This document shows, in pieces, positions 50,646 through 63,566 of a stretch of DNA of 64,000 nucleotides. The stretch lies in contig JAQGDQ010000027.1 in assembly GCA_030141605.1 (NCBI GenBank), positions 744,001-808,000 of the forward strand, written 5' to 3'. The notes beneath the pieces are model-generated. The model saw only the letters and a program-made list of their open reading frames with translations. It did no database searches and was not told where the DNA came from. A program made the translations under genes and the position numbers. The first letter of the stretch is position 1. Each line of letters starts with the position of its first letter. Source of the stretch: Tubiluchus corallicola. Lineage: Eukaryota > Animalia > Priapulida.

Positions 50646-53600
50646 AAAAAAAGAAGGTATTTTAGAAGCGGCATGCTTGTAACTGCGTCGTGATAATGCA
50701 GGGGTTTCATTATAACATACCGCCACAAGAAAAAACCTAGAAAACAGATTTAAAAAATTCATCAGTTAGTTAGAATACGACTGTGATTACCAGAGTAAAC
50801 TATTTTTAACAATTATTACCCACTGCGAGTACTGAGTTGGAGAAAGAAAGGAGACGCTGAAAAATTGTGGACTAGTTGGGATTTGAACCTGGGACCTGGT
50901 ATTAACACTCCCCTATTTAAAAAAAATAATGTAATTTTGTCGCACAAGCCTAAATAAATACGATCAATACAGATAACATAAAAATTTATATTTAATTTAA
51001 ATTTCGCAAAAAAGTCACTAAATTGCTTTAAATGTTTCAGTTACTTCATATCTGATGTCATGATTTGTTGCTATAGCTACAGCACATATTGCAAAATTTC
51101 TAAGGCGAATATTCGGGGTTCCAGTATCACCCTAAATAAGAATAAGAATATTGAACAGCTTTGACTGGTGGTCAAATAGAAAGCTCTAATTATCATACCT
51201 CATCGTCTCCCATCCAAGCACTAACTAAAACTAACGACACTTATTTTCGTGTCGTCCCTGAGAAAAACTGCGCAGCTAACCGACTCCGTTTAACCATTTT
51301 TCACGTTTATTCTACTGCACACATTAAATTCAAAAAAGACGTAGTATAATTGCAATTCATATGGAATTATTCGATATGTAAGAATTAACTTGGAACTTTT
51401 ATAGTTAAATTTGAATTCTCACGCACGTATTTAATAAATTAATGTATAATGAGGAAACGGTAAACTGAACGCGTTAGGAACGTTTTATATTCTTGTACAA
51501 CCATAAGAGTAGCGTTGCAACTTATAATGTAAGTAATATAGCAGTAAAAATTACGTAAACTTAAAAAAATAAAAATGTCCGCATATAACTAAATTGTTTT
51601 TCAATACTTACACCCAAATGCGAAACACATCATTATTATAAAAATTTAGCTACTCATCTATTTGACTCACAGCAAAAAGACACAAGTTCTGCACACGGCA
51701 CGCTAGGACTATGATGCTCTGCACTTCTCATTTATATGCAGGTCACTAGCCTACTGCTCTTTCAACCACATATCCAGAATGCCGGAATGCTCTTAAACAA
51801 ATGAGAAAGGACAATAAATAGGTGCTTGCACCTGAACAGTATGTAATTTCTGGATGCCTAAAGCAGCGTTCACATACAGCTAGTGACGGCAACTCTTACC
51901 ATGAGGAGTAATGGGCTTAATACCAGTCGCACACAGTAAAAAGTTGTCTGCAACAAACTGTTAGGCCCATACTGTCCCATACAAAATTTTCCCGCACACG
52001 TTAACTCTCATATGAAGCAAACTGTGTCATGGGTAACCTCAGTAAACAATTATTAGATGACACGAGACCAAACGAAAGCTTTTTATTGGTCTGCTTTTTC
52101 TGAGACAAATTTTTGTCTTGGGCTCGCAGACGAGAGCAGGATCAGTTTGGCTGAGGTAAAAAAGTTAACACGTTTAGTAAAACATCAGTGTGCGACAAAG
52201 TTGGTGAGACGGCGTTTATTGAACCCGCAGATGAGCAAAAACCTCCTTAGTCAAGCTGCTGCAGACAGAAAGCTTCAAATAATACAATACAGGCATCTCC
52301 GAGTAAGGTAGTAATTCATTAACAAAACTAATATTTAGTGTTTCAGTGTAGTTAATGAAAAAAATTAAAAACAAGATCTCAGTTTCAAATTTTCGATTAG
52401 AATTTTGAATAACCTTCGGGTATAAATGGTATTCAAAAAGGAAATCCTATATAATAAACAATAGTTTATGCCATATAACTAAAGTGCCTTCTAAAATAAT
52501 AACCAAGAGATGTAAATTTGAAAATAGCTGCAGATCTTTTGATGCTCTAATTCCTGTGTTGAATAATGGATTAGCGTTTTTCCTTGAACACTAAAATATT
52601 CCTACTACACGCTTTACCAATAACAGAAGTACTGGGTGTCAAAGTTTGTATGCAAACTTGTTATTCAATAGTTTGTTTGTCTAAATGTAGCTGAGCTATA
52701 TAAAAAAACTGAAATTGATATTCTTAAGTTGAAGTAAGTGCAAAGATGCTGAAAATTTACACTCTAATTAGAGACTGACACTCTAATTAAGCTAGTCAGT
52801 AGATATCCTATTGGAAATGAATGTTAATATCATACAAATTTGCAGCGACTAGTAAAAACTGAAAAGAACAATAAGCGTTACTTAAATTTAAAATGCATTA
52901 TGAAATCTAAACAATTTTCGCAGAAGCGAAAACAGTTTTTTTATCACGTTAAGTATTGAAATACTACGTGGAGAAACACGCATGATTGACGTTTCTTGGT
53001 ACCCGCAACCACTGCACCCACGACAACAGTACCCTCTTTACTAACAACCTCAGGACCCACAGTAGAACAAACATCAAGGTCATGTGTGATAATCCGTTTG
53101 GCCTAAAATGCTGTAAATGTCAGGATGGCAAGATTATCACTACAACACTGGTGCTAACACACCATAAATACTTAAAGAAACAGCAAGTTTTATTTGATCT
53201 AAGGCTGTGGGTCCCTGGCGAGCTTCCTTAACGTGAGAATCTAACATTATCAGAACAGATAGACAAACGACCAATTAGCTGTAAACTCAATATTATTTAA
53301 CATAAGAAAAACACATTTGAGAATTAATAAACAAATATATACTACAAATTATGGTTTAGCTACTGTCTTTAATTTTACCCGGGATTTTGAATGTATCACA
53401 AACACCATAAACAGTACTTATCGTGAGACTCTGTGCACACGTTGGCTAGCTAGCTTAACCTCGTCACTGTCGCTGTCGACGGCGGCGTGTACTGGAACAC
53501 TCTGACGGCAGGCTTCCCAAACCGTAACTTCAGGGTCAGACAATTAGGTGACAGCAGGCGTGGCATTAACTCCATCAACTGAGGAATGCGCTGTATCAAA

Positions 53601-54482
53601 TCCGGCATATCTGAAGACACTGATAGGAAGACTGACCACAGGCTGGTTCTCTGAGAACTACCAATGGTCCATTTCACGACCTGGTCTCCTCCACCATAAA
53701 CGACAAAGTCTCTAGGGGCTTCCTAAATAACGGACAGCCCAGGATCACAAAGACTGAGTATAACCATTGTAAAAGAACTCTGTTTCTGCTGAGGAAATTC
53801 CATTAATAAATGCAATATTATCCTTTAAACCAAGAACTGATAAAACTCAAGTAGAGCAACCATATTGCAAAGCCACACACCTTTCTCTGTGGCCTCGTTT
53901 TTCCAGGTAAAACCTGTTTGCTCTCAGCTAAATGGCTGCATATCATGTAAAGGTCACCTAAATCTGACCAATCAAACAGGTTATAAAGAGTAGCAGCTGT
54001 GAATGTCCTATTTATCATCAGTCAGGATTGGTGGTCAAACTTGCCAAATAAGGAAGTACACCTGTCATGTTCATGTGCCTGGTTTCTTCCTTTGATAAAC
54101 AAAGTTGACAGTAGATGGCACGACTATACTAGCCTGAGAAATAATAATTACAGATAAACAAAATAAACTTTTCACTTAGCACTACAAAATTAAACTCATT
54201 GGCGCTACTCTGCTTAACTTAGCAATCTTAATTGTAGAAATTTAATTAGTACGATAAAATGAGAGCACTGTTGTATAGGGCTGTCACATCATGTACCTGA
54301 ATGAAGCTGTTGTGTAGCGTATTAATTTCTCTTCAAGAGGTCTAAGAAAAGGCATACTTACACCGCCGAAAGAGAACCATGATAATTAGCATTAAAGCAA
54401 TGAAAGTGAATTAGTGTCAGGATAATCAGAATCTTGTTCTTATCATAACTTCTATTCACGTAACTGCGCAGGTTGTGCAGGG

Positions 54483-54672
54483 GAAGCCGAAAATAAGGTC
54501 ACAGGAAAAAAATCACAATTAATTTTGGCTAGGATTAGGATTAAGATTGGAAGCTAGGATTAGGGTTTTTTCTTTTTTCCTGTACATTTTCCCTGCGACT
54601 TTTTTCTTGTGACGTTTCCTCTGTGGCTTTTTGCCTGTGTCTTTTTAACTGTGTCTTTTGTTACCTGTATTC
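54483..54672. mobile_element. Short Mutator/foldback-like MITE with a TTAGG(A/G) core
   Basis: GTCACAGGAAAAAA left units, CCTGTG(A/T)CTTTTT right units, central TAGGATTAGG repeats. Confidence 0.55.
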
Positions 54673-54859
54673 GATGCAGTCGTACCGAAGAAAATTGCGA
54701 AATGGACCAAATTTAGCCTGAAGTTCAGAGCTCGTGCGCACCACTCAGCAAGGGTTCGAATAAACTTCATAGTTTCCAGAAAAAGATGTGCAGAGAAGGG
54801 CGTGTTAATCATTCAAAAGTGAACTGGCAGTTGTTTAAAGTGGCTGATTATAACTGGGT

Positions 54860-55430
54860 CTATTCAAACTTACTGACAAGTTGATCAAAGTGCACGCACT
54901 CACTCTAGAAAGCTAGTAAAGTCGAACATTTACATCTATATGAGTTGATCAAACCGAATACTGAGCTGCTGTTGTGCTGGAAAGCTGCGCTGACTGAATG
55001 CTGAGCTGTTTAAAATAGGTGCTTATGCTGGAAAGTTACTCAAGGTGGACATCGAGTTGTTCAAAGTAAGTGCTTGTGCCACATGGCATGGTACTCAAGC
55101 TGAACTACTTTGTTCTGTTCATAGTGCTAGGAAGCTAACTCGGGTCTGTTCAAAGCGTATGCTTATGCTAGAAACCACTCAAACGAACATTGAACTGTTC
55201 CACAAAATGAAAGCTTATGCTAAAAAGCTATTCAAACCGAATATTAGGTGTTTAAAGCAAAAGCTTATGCTTGAAAACTTTTCAAATTGAAGGTTGAGCT
55301 GTTCAAAGTAACAGCTTGTGGTAGAAAGTTTCCCCATCTGAATACTGAGCTACTAAAAAGATACTCAAACTAACTACAATAGAAAACTATCCAAATTGAC
55401 TCGAGATGAGTAATTAAGCTAGAACACTAG
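54860..55430. repeat. Degenerate ~50-bp minisatellite
   Basis: Recurrent GCTTATGCTAGAAAGCTA.TCAAAC.GAATATTGAGCTGTTCAAA-like units. Confidence 0.7.
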
Positions 55431-56354
55431 TAAAACTGAATATTAAGCTTATCAGTTTTACTATCGGATGGAACCCATTTTTGACGCTTGAACAAAGGTG
55501 TGAAAAAATGGAAGTATAGTAAAAATATTTGGAGCTGTTTTTGACATTCCAAACCGTGCACCTAACTGCAGAACCTTGAACTGTGAACTGATCGTGATAC
55601 AATCATACTGTTAGTTCTAGTTGAAGTCTACATAGTATAGCAATGATACGCTTGACTGAAACGCGTTTGTGTTTACTGTGGATTTTATTGAAGTTGGTGT
55701 AATGTTTTAGCTACCATTGGCAGTAAGACACGTAACTAAAAAAATATTGTTTTTTGGAAAGAATTCACTTTCATTCAAATTTTAAGAAGGGAAAAGGCAT
55801 ACACAAATGCATGAAACTTACATTGCATGCTACAAGATTACTCCCTGTTATCAATCAATATATCTTAAACTAATGTGCATTTTACTGTACATATCAAATG
55901 AAATACAATAAAAAATTATATGCAGTAAAACCCAATGTGGACTCCGCTAACATATAACCATAAAAAGGTAGCCACTTTACCGATTCGATTTCTTGGTTCT
56001 CTCATTCTGCTCGAAATAATCACAATCATAAATATAGCCATTATCTGCGCAACATTTCAGCATAACAATGTCATCGCCAAAATAAATGATGTTAATAATA
56101 ACTCATGACCTATCCGAACTTGACGACCAAAAGGTGCCATAACGCGAAGGTCCTAAAAACAGCCACCACCATTGAAACAAAGTAAATCTGCATGCGATTT
56201 GTTCAAAATTAAAAAAAACTTGGTAACTCCGTGAATAAACCGATAGGAATGCTGTCAATTTGATTTAACGTTTTTAACAATGTTGCGGCAAGCCACACAT
56301 TAAACTTTTAACACGAAAACTTGGTTAAAAGTTCTATTTGCAGCACTTTCTAGC

Positions 56355-57583
56355 ATGCATAGAGTCCCATATATGGGACATTTACTAAAAATGCCTAGCA
56401 TGTGTATTCGATGCCATGTTCCCATATCCCCTTTTGTTCACAAATAGTTATTGCATGTGTCCGTCTAAAGGTCCATTGTTTTAAATCATTTTGTAAACAG
56501 GGACGATGCGTATTTGAGCAAAATGTCAGAACAGAAAACGTGAGTATAAATTTAAGTGTCATATTCAAAGTTTTAATGCAACAATTATACTATAATGTGA
56601 CACTATTTTAATAACAAAGGAAATAATTTAATGCTTTATAAAAATACATATTTTGAGTAATAGCCTAAATACAATTGTTCCAAATATGGGACGCTATGCA
56701 TTACGCATATACAGTACAATGCCTTTGTTGGAAATGATGAATCATTTGCTCAGGCAACTATATCACAATCATGCCACCTGATGATGCACTGTTAGAGACA
56801 AATGAAGACAGTGGTGGCGAGGATGAATGAATTCCCAATAGTTTCTCAAGAAATTAGTTGTCAGCTTCTGCTACTGCGACTGTCTCCACTGCTGCTGGTG
56901 AATCCTATGTTCTTGAAGCTGATTATGACAAAAGAAATGTACCAACTGACAAGCCAAAAGTTTCTGAAAGAAAGTACTCTGCACGCAAAGCCAAAAATAG
57001 AAACTGGGCAAATGAGATATTCTTAAGCCATCAACTAATTTTGATGTGCAAAAGCCAAAATTTTTACTGCCTTAGTTGAGCCCTTTAACTCTGTTTTAGT
57101 TGTTTTTTGATTACGAGGTCATGGATTTTTTTAGTAGAAATGTCAAAACTGTATGCTCATCAGAAAGGAAAGACAAAATACAGAATTTCTGAGGAAAGAG
57201 CTTTACGTGATTTTGGGTCAGGAAGCGAACCAAAACCAGTCGATGTGAGAGTGCCACGCGATACTAGATATGACTGCATTGGACATTATCCACAGTCAAA
57301 TTTGGCGCAAATTAGGTGTGATTTGTGCCACATGAAGGTAAATTTCAAGTTTGTGAAGTGTCAGGTAGGATTACACTTGCCTTGAAAGATTTCAAAAGCC
57401 ATATTAACTTGTTTGTTATGCACGTGCATCACAGCGTCCAATATAATGGACATTCAGAATTTTGCATACTACGGAATGAATAAAGGTTTTCATCAAAAAC
57501 CACTGTTGATTTTGTTCATGACCCATAATAATCTTTCTGTAACGAAAGTATCAAAAGAAAATGCAAACTTATGCATAAATGGG
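56355..57583 (+). mobile_element. Internally deleted piggyBac, PGBD2/PGBD3 (MER85)-like
   Basis: N-terminal IMPPDDALLETNEDSGGEDE, C-terminal cysteine-rich RYDCIGHYP..RCDLCH..KCQVGLH, right end ATGCATAAATGGG+CTAA, palindromes at 56364-56379, 56677-56692 and 57436-57451. Catalytic core absent. Confidence 0.8.
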
Positions 57584-59066
57584 CTAATGAAAACCAAGAA
57601 CGCAAAAACCGTGTAATCTCTAACGTTGGGACAACCATTGTCTAACCTTTCTTGGTGATCTTTCTCTTGCATTTACTTTTTATTCTTTTCTCGATATTGG
57701 AGAGATACTACATTAAGACTATAGTAAATCACTATAAGGCAGACAGGCCAGGTTAAATGATTTGATTTTCAAAGATTTTTGGTTCGAAGTCAAATCAACT
57801 TAACAACGTAATGATAAACGTTTTCTTTAGAAAGCAGAGCACGCTGAGAAAACAAGAAACCTGGTAAATGATAATATTAGACCTGGCGTTTATTTACAGT
57901 CATAATATGCTGTATTTATTGAGAATTTAAAGTGCAGCTTTAACGTAGTGTGACTGTAATCTGTTCATTCTCTTCTATTATTACAAAAATTGAATTCCAG
58001 GAAGATAAACGTAATACATATATATCATATATGCCTATATGTTTATGAGCCTCCTCTGCATTGTGATGGTTTCGTCCGCACGAAGCCGTTGCATACTGGC
58101 GCTGAATACCAGGTATAGGAGCAGTCGCTATGGAATGGCCTCGTTGGTTCAGTGGGCTGACGGGCAGGTATAGGTAATCCATTTCAGCACTTGTTCCATA
58201 AAGACAACCACGGAGTACAATGGATTAAATGTCTGGCCAGTTATCTTCAGTTACTGTAACCTATACTATCTTGTTTTACACATTTAGATGTTTTCTGCAC
58301 AATTATGCCGGTGACAGTAGATGACAGAGCAAATCAACACCATCTGGTGTCAGAACAATATACATTAATATGCCTGTATTTGGAAACCCTATAGTTACAG
58401 CGTGTACCAAAAAAAACATTGCAATTTAAATACAACAAATATTATAACCAAGTGAACCTAATTTCCTGCGTAACGGTATCATAATGACATATTATCATAT
58501 ACTGTGTGTCATTATTCCAATTTTCCTACTGTATAACTTGGTATTACCACATGTATTCATTTTTACTATGGTGTAATATTCGTAAGCTTGTAGAATTTGT
58601 CAATACATACACAAGCTGTTTCTTTTGGAAAACTGTACGTTTTGATAATCCGAATCCCCAATAATTTACTTCCCAAAACAAGCGAAATTTACATTATGGT
58701 GGATATAAGTAATGTTGCAATAACGTGTTTCTTATGCCCAGTTTGATAATAGTATCATGAACTGTGAAATAAACAAATACAAATGTATCGCGGTACGGTC
58801 GTTAAAGGGGCAAGAAAGGGCTATTTTAAAGCATATCCCAAAAAACTTCACACAAAGTTACATTACTTAGCATTACGCTCGCCTGTTCGAAAGACTTATT
58901 AAATGTTCTCACCAACTGGTAAAATATCGCTGTTGAGTAGTTTACACTTTTGTTTGGTTAGTGACGAGTGCTCCTATGAAAGCCGTGATTATTTTTTCAA
59001 ACTTTACGCAGTGTTGTTATGTATACTTGTTTCAAACGACCAACCATCAAAATGGCTGTCGTCAAC

Positions 59067-59683
59067 CAGTGGCGGCTCGTAGCCAAAATTAGTCGGGGTG
59101 CTGCTTCAGAAAATTTTTAGCCATTGTTTTAATACTGTGTAAAACGTAACAAACTTATGTAAGTTTACTGTTGTAGTTATATTTGAAGATCAGGTGTTGA
59201 TCGGCCTCTTTTCTTAACTGCAACTTTCTCATGAAGAGACAACTGTGAAAAATTAAGCTGTTGTAGTTTACCTACAGTCACAGAACTTATTTCTTGAGGA
59301 TGCAAGGCGTCCATTATTAAATAATTGATGTTTTAAGCACACACGTTAAGTTTATATTTTATCACATCCAAGAATATGACGGTACACGGTAAGAACATTG
59401 CAACTGTTACTGTGATAGACACAGTAGTTTTCTACCTAGCAGCAGACGATGGCGTACAGCGTGTTATCTCAAACATGTGGGCATGGCTGCATGCCCACAA
59501 CAGCCAAACACCACGTTGCTTGGGCTGTGATTGCAAATTGTACTTCCCTCACGTGTTCCGGTTCCGCACAAGTATAAAAAAGAACTAAAGAATAAGAACT
59601 TATTATATTGAATATTATCGATAATAATGAATGAAAACAGGGGGTGCTGCAGTAACAGAGTGCGTGTACACGAGCTGTCACTG
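59067..59683. mobile_element. hAT-type MITE
   Basis: TIRs CAGTGGCGGCTCGT / ACGAGCTGTCACTG and subterminal GGGGTGCTGC at both ends. TSD degenerate. Confidence 0.7.
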
Positions 59684-60259
59684 CGTTTTACCCAGAGTTG
59701 TTGTTAATACAAGTTCTGTGCGCAATAAAACGGTATATGTAGAGTTACAAAATATAACACAAGAATTTTTTTAGTTTTATGTAAGTAAAGTGTTTTCCTG
59801 TGCTTTAAAAGAAAAACGGAGATGATTTTGGAGACGGCGTCTGTATCTAGTAAAAATCCCCTAATTAGGCTTCATCGTCGTCTCAAGGAACCTCAAAAGC
59901 TCGTAAAATAGGTAAGAACCATAACCGTCAATCGCATCAGCGAGTGATTGTACAAAAATGGTCAGATTTAAAAGCCACGCATGCGCACACTGTGTTACAA
60001 ACTGATAACGTGTTTGTTAGCCAAACAGGAAAATATTAATACTGTCAATATACTTTTCAAGAAAAATTGAATACGATGAACATAAGCGACAGCGCATTAA
60101 ATATCTTCTGTGTTGAATGTTTAATAACATAAACCTAGGAAGTAAACTAATGTGAAAAGAAGCTTTTGCAGATGATATCGGGATTTGAAACAATCTTCTT
60201 GACAGTATAAAATCAATAAATTTACAATTATTTAAAAGAAATATCAAATCTTGTTGGAA

Positions 60260-60352
60260 TAGACATAGACATAGACATAGACATAGACATAGACATAGAC
60301 ATAGACATAGACATAGACATAGACATAGACATAGACATAGACATAGACATAG
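60260..60352. repeat. (AGACAT)n microsatellite
   Basis: About 15 perfect units. Confidence 0.97.
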
Positions 60353-60777
60353 AACATTTATTTTCTCCAATTAGTTTGACATAAAAAGTTTTAAATATTA
60401 CGTAATCATTATCGTGGAGCAGGGCAGGGAAGGACCATAGGGTCATCTACTCTCCTGCCCTTTCTTGTAAATAGATTAGCATATTAAAAATAAATTGTGA
60501 TGCTGCAGATGACAAAAACAAAAACAAATAAGAGAAAATAATAATAAAAACAGTATAAATGATACAAATTATCAAAAAAGAAGTGAAAACAAAAAATAAT
60601 AAAGTTAGATACCTAAATCTAAACAAAACAATACAATTAATCAGTAATTATGATTATTATATATAGTATTTTCAAATAGGGGTCTTATCAACAAGGGAAT
60701 TTGACAAGGGAATAATGGAATGACTCAGCGAACAACTCTCTTTCGTTTTAATTGCCTATTGTTGTTTTGTGTATAAT

Positions 60778-61167
60778 CAAGGCTGGATTATGACTTTTTG
60801 GGGTCACTAGGCTAATGAAATTATGGGAGCCCCTCAGACGGCGCCGCCCTCTAACTCGTCCGCACCAGTCTTGGATATTTTTTACTCGTGATATATTTTA
60901 GCGACATTTACATATCTTGAAGCAAACCTATTGAGCCTATTGAGAATTCTTTTCAAATAAACTAGATTAGCTATCTTTTGTTTGTGAAAAAAAATTCTTT
61001 AAGGAAAGCTGCTATTTTACTATTTATTGCAAACCCAATTAGCATATATAGTTTATTATAAACTATTTAAACACAGCCGTAGTTAAAAATATTTTTTACC
61101 AAATATTACAAGAGCTTGAGGGCTCTAGGCTGCAACCTATACTAGCCTATAGGATAATCCGGCCCTG
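60778..61167. mobile_element. hAT-type MITE
   Basis: TIRs CAAGGCTGGATTA / TAATCCGGCCCTG with perfect 8-bp TSD TGTATAAT (60770-60777 and 61168-61175). Confidence 0.9.
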
Positions 61168-61547
61168 TGTATAATATTTGTAAGTCCATATGTATTCTTG
61201 TTCTGATCGGTTTTATATGCTATTTGCACAAACTGCCTGTTTGAAATACGTGGTAGCACAAAATATGTGGGTTTAATATATTACAGTAGATCATTGAATT
61301 ACTTGAGTGGCCTCGTCAACTGTATCCTCGTAACATATTATAACCGTAGTCGATCTTACCAACATGATAGGTTGTTGATAGGTTGTTTCGCTTTATGTGC
61401 ATATGCAGAGTATAAACGCATAATATTCTTTATGGTAATATGCAATTCATCGTCATTTAAATTGTTAACCAGTGTTATTTTTAGTTACGAAGTAATAGAT
61501 CTGATTTTACATACAGCCATTTTTGGGCAATATTTTTTGCAGATAAA

Positions 61548-61757
61548 ATGGATCAAAGCGAGGCAACTTTACCTGAACGTAAATACATGGATGATCCCCA
61601 CATTGTGTGGCGAAACGGCAAGCCAAACTACGACAAAGTGAACAAGTTATACATGGAGGGTAGAACAAAGTTCCATCCACCTGGTTCGCTGGAAAAAATA
61701 GTTGAGAATGTGGTTAAAAGCTGGGAGATGGAATCGCAACACAAAGCTGATATTAAT
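61548..61757 (+). CDS. Pathogen-related protein-like (plant PRP family), coding exon 1
   Basis: ttttgcag acceptor at 61542, ATG 61548, |gtaagt donor. WRNGKPNYDKVNKLYMEGRTKFHPPGSLEKIVENVVKSWEMESQHK matches the recalled family signature WR.g.P.Y..vn..f..G.t..w..GSLE..V.N.vKtWEmE.sHK. Confidence 0.88.
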
Positions 61758-62523
61758 GTAAGTACAGAATTAGTGTTGTCGTACCCAGACTTCACAATCA
61801 CAGCATTTAAACACATGAAGCAGCTGGCGAGCTAGCAAAGGCTAATTTCGATCGAACTATTATGTTAATAATATTGCTTTGAAGAATTTTGGGCAGACTG
61901 GAAAGCAATAATTTACAGAAAAAGAATATTTAATTTGTTTTATTCGTGATACAATACTTAGAAAATATTGTTACAACGGCGAAACACCATTCATTTTCAC
62001 CCCATCCCTATATTGTGATGGTTTGATCCATTACGAGGGAATTGCATATCATCATTGCATATCAAGTATAAAACTACCGACATTGAACGGTCTCGTCTAT
62101 TCAGCAGGAAAAAGGACAGGTGCGTGTACCGGTAAGCCTGTATTCGAACCGACCAGGAGGACGCGTGGTTTAGGTTTCCTACATGTTACTCGTTATTTTG
62201 TGCGTTATATCCTTACTAGTATTGTTGTGACTAATGTGTAAGTCACTAAACAGCCATTAGTGCTAATATCTGTTAAATGAGCAACGGTAAAAAATCTTGT
62301 CTTTTGCCTGTCTTTATCCTCGGTGGTTGGGACCTGCCGGCGTTACAATATTTTTTGTTTAAACTAGTTAGTAACAATGACTGATAAATATTAAAGGCTG
62401 TGAAAAGCCAGAAGTAGCTTTATTGCATGAATTTATAAAATTTTAAGCCAACTTTACTTTGTTTCACGTTCTGACTCTCTCATTACGGAGGGAAATTGTC
62501 CAAAAGTTGTTTTTTGTATTGTA

Positions 62524-62892
62524 CAGGGTGTTCCAAAAGAATAGGTGCAGCAGAAATATGCTGACATTCTGTAACGTGCAGATCATATTACTGTACAATG
62601 AAATCCGCTTTTAAGTGTTAAAGTCATAAAATAATTTAGTAATAGATTGCACTGCAATAACTGCTGCAAACGTGAGTCGTTAAAATTAACTTGCAGCATC
62701 CTCACGTTCGTCAGGTTGGATGAATAACGTTTATTTGCCCAAAATAAATAAATATGGACTTCAGCGTTATGACATCATAGCGACGTATCAATAGTATTAT
62801 ATTTGCATAAGTCCAATTATTCTACCGCGTAATTTGATTTTCTACCGTATTACTATATTTCTGCTCCACTTGTTTTTTCTGAGTACCTTTAG
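62524..62892. mobile_element. Tc1/mariner-type MITE, related to 36241-36810
   Basis: TA|CAGGGTGTTCCAAAA start, degenerate inverted end, shared internal TTATGACATCATA.CGACGTA motif (36682 vs 62767). Confidence 0.6.
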
Positions 62893-62921
62893 TATATTCA
62901 CTAATAAAATTGTTTAACTAA

Positions 62922-63285
62922 TAGAGGTGACTATCATTCCATGTTTGATTCGATTCGACGAGTTTTTTTTATTTTAATTCGATTCTAAATTTATGGATTC
63001 GAACAATTCATCACTTCAACTGCATACGTTCTTTATCATTAAAACGTTTGAAACATCTTGCAATCAGCACGTTTTAGCTGCGATTTCTCTGCACAATTTT
63101 TAAACAAATTATTAGTGTTTTTACTGCAGAACAAAATCAGGTAATATGTATGATCTTTGTAAGACTGCTTTTTATTTGATTCGAAAATCTTTAAATAAAA
63201 ACTAAATAATTCGAATTCGATTCGGATTCGAAATCTTAATGTTTCGGATTCATAAATTCGATTCGATACGAATTCACTTTCTGAT
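62922..63285. mobile_element. hAT-like MITE with (ATTCG)n subterminal repeats
   Basis: Starts TAGAGGTG; clusters of ATTCG/TTCGA near both ends. Confidence 0.5.
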
Positions 63286-63355
63286 GGAAAATGCTCACTG
63301 TTATTAACTAAAGCATATTAATAAACTTAGTCGAGCATATCACACTATCTTGCAG

Positions 63356-63566
63356 CAATGGCAAACAATGGACATTGAGAAATTTAAGGTATCCGTTAAC
63401 CATGGGCCTAAATACTCAGCATCCGAACTAAATGCGGAGGGCAACTACAACCGTTTGTTAGAAAGTTGTCCTTTTTACCAGCAACTTTCCAGAGAAACAT
63501 CTCATACTTTGTTTGAACACGTATTTGGTGATGGATTCGCGTTAGAAGTGCTCGAGGTTTTGGCAG
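63356..63566 (+). CDS. Pathogen-related protein-like, coding exon 2 (gene continues beyond the window)
   Basis: tcttgcag acceptor (phase 0), G|gtaagc donor. QWQTMDIEKFKVSVN..GNYNRLL..SHTLFEHVFGDGFALEVLEVLAG fits the family motifs G.YN.LL and GFawEVleV.sGPP. Confidence 0.88.

Noticed and set aside
53450-53722. SUN-domain-like start (EAPRDFVVYG) on the minus strand
   Set aside because: Similarity stops after ~10 residues and no other SUN motifs are present.
60017-60446. LC/SM dipeptide-repeat ORFs (also the FVCL repeats at 44064-44456)
   Set aside because: Microsatellite translations.
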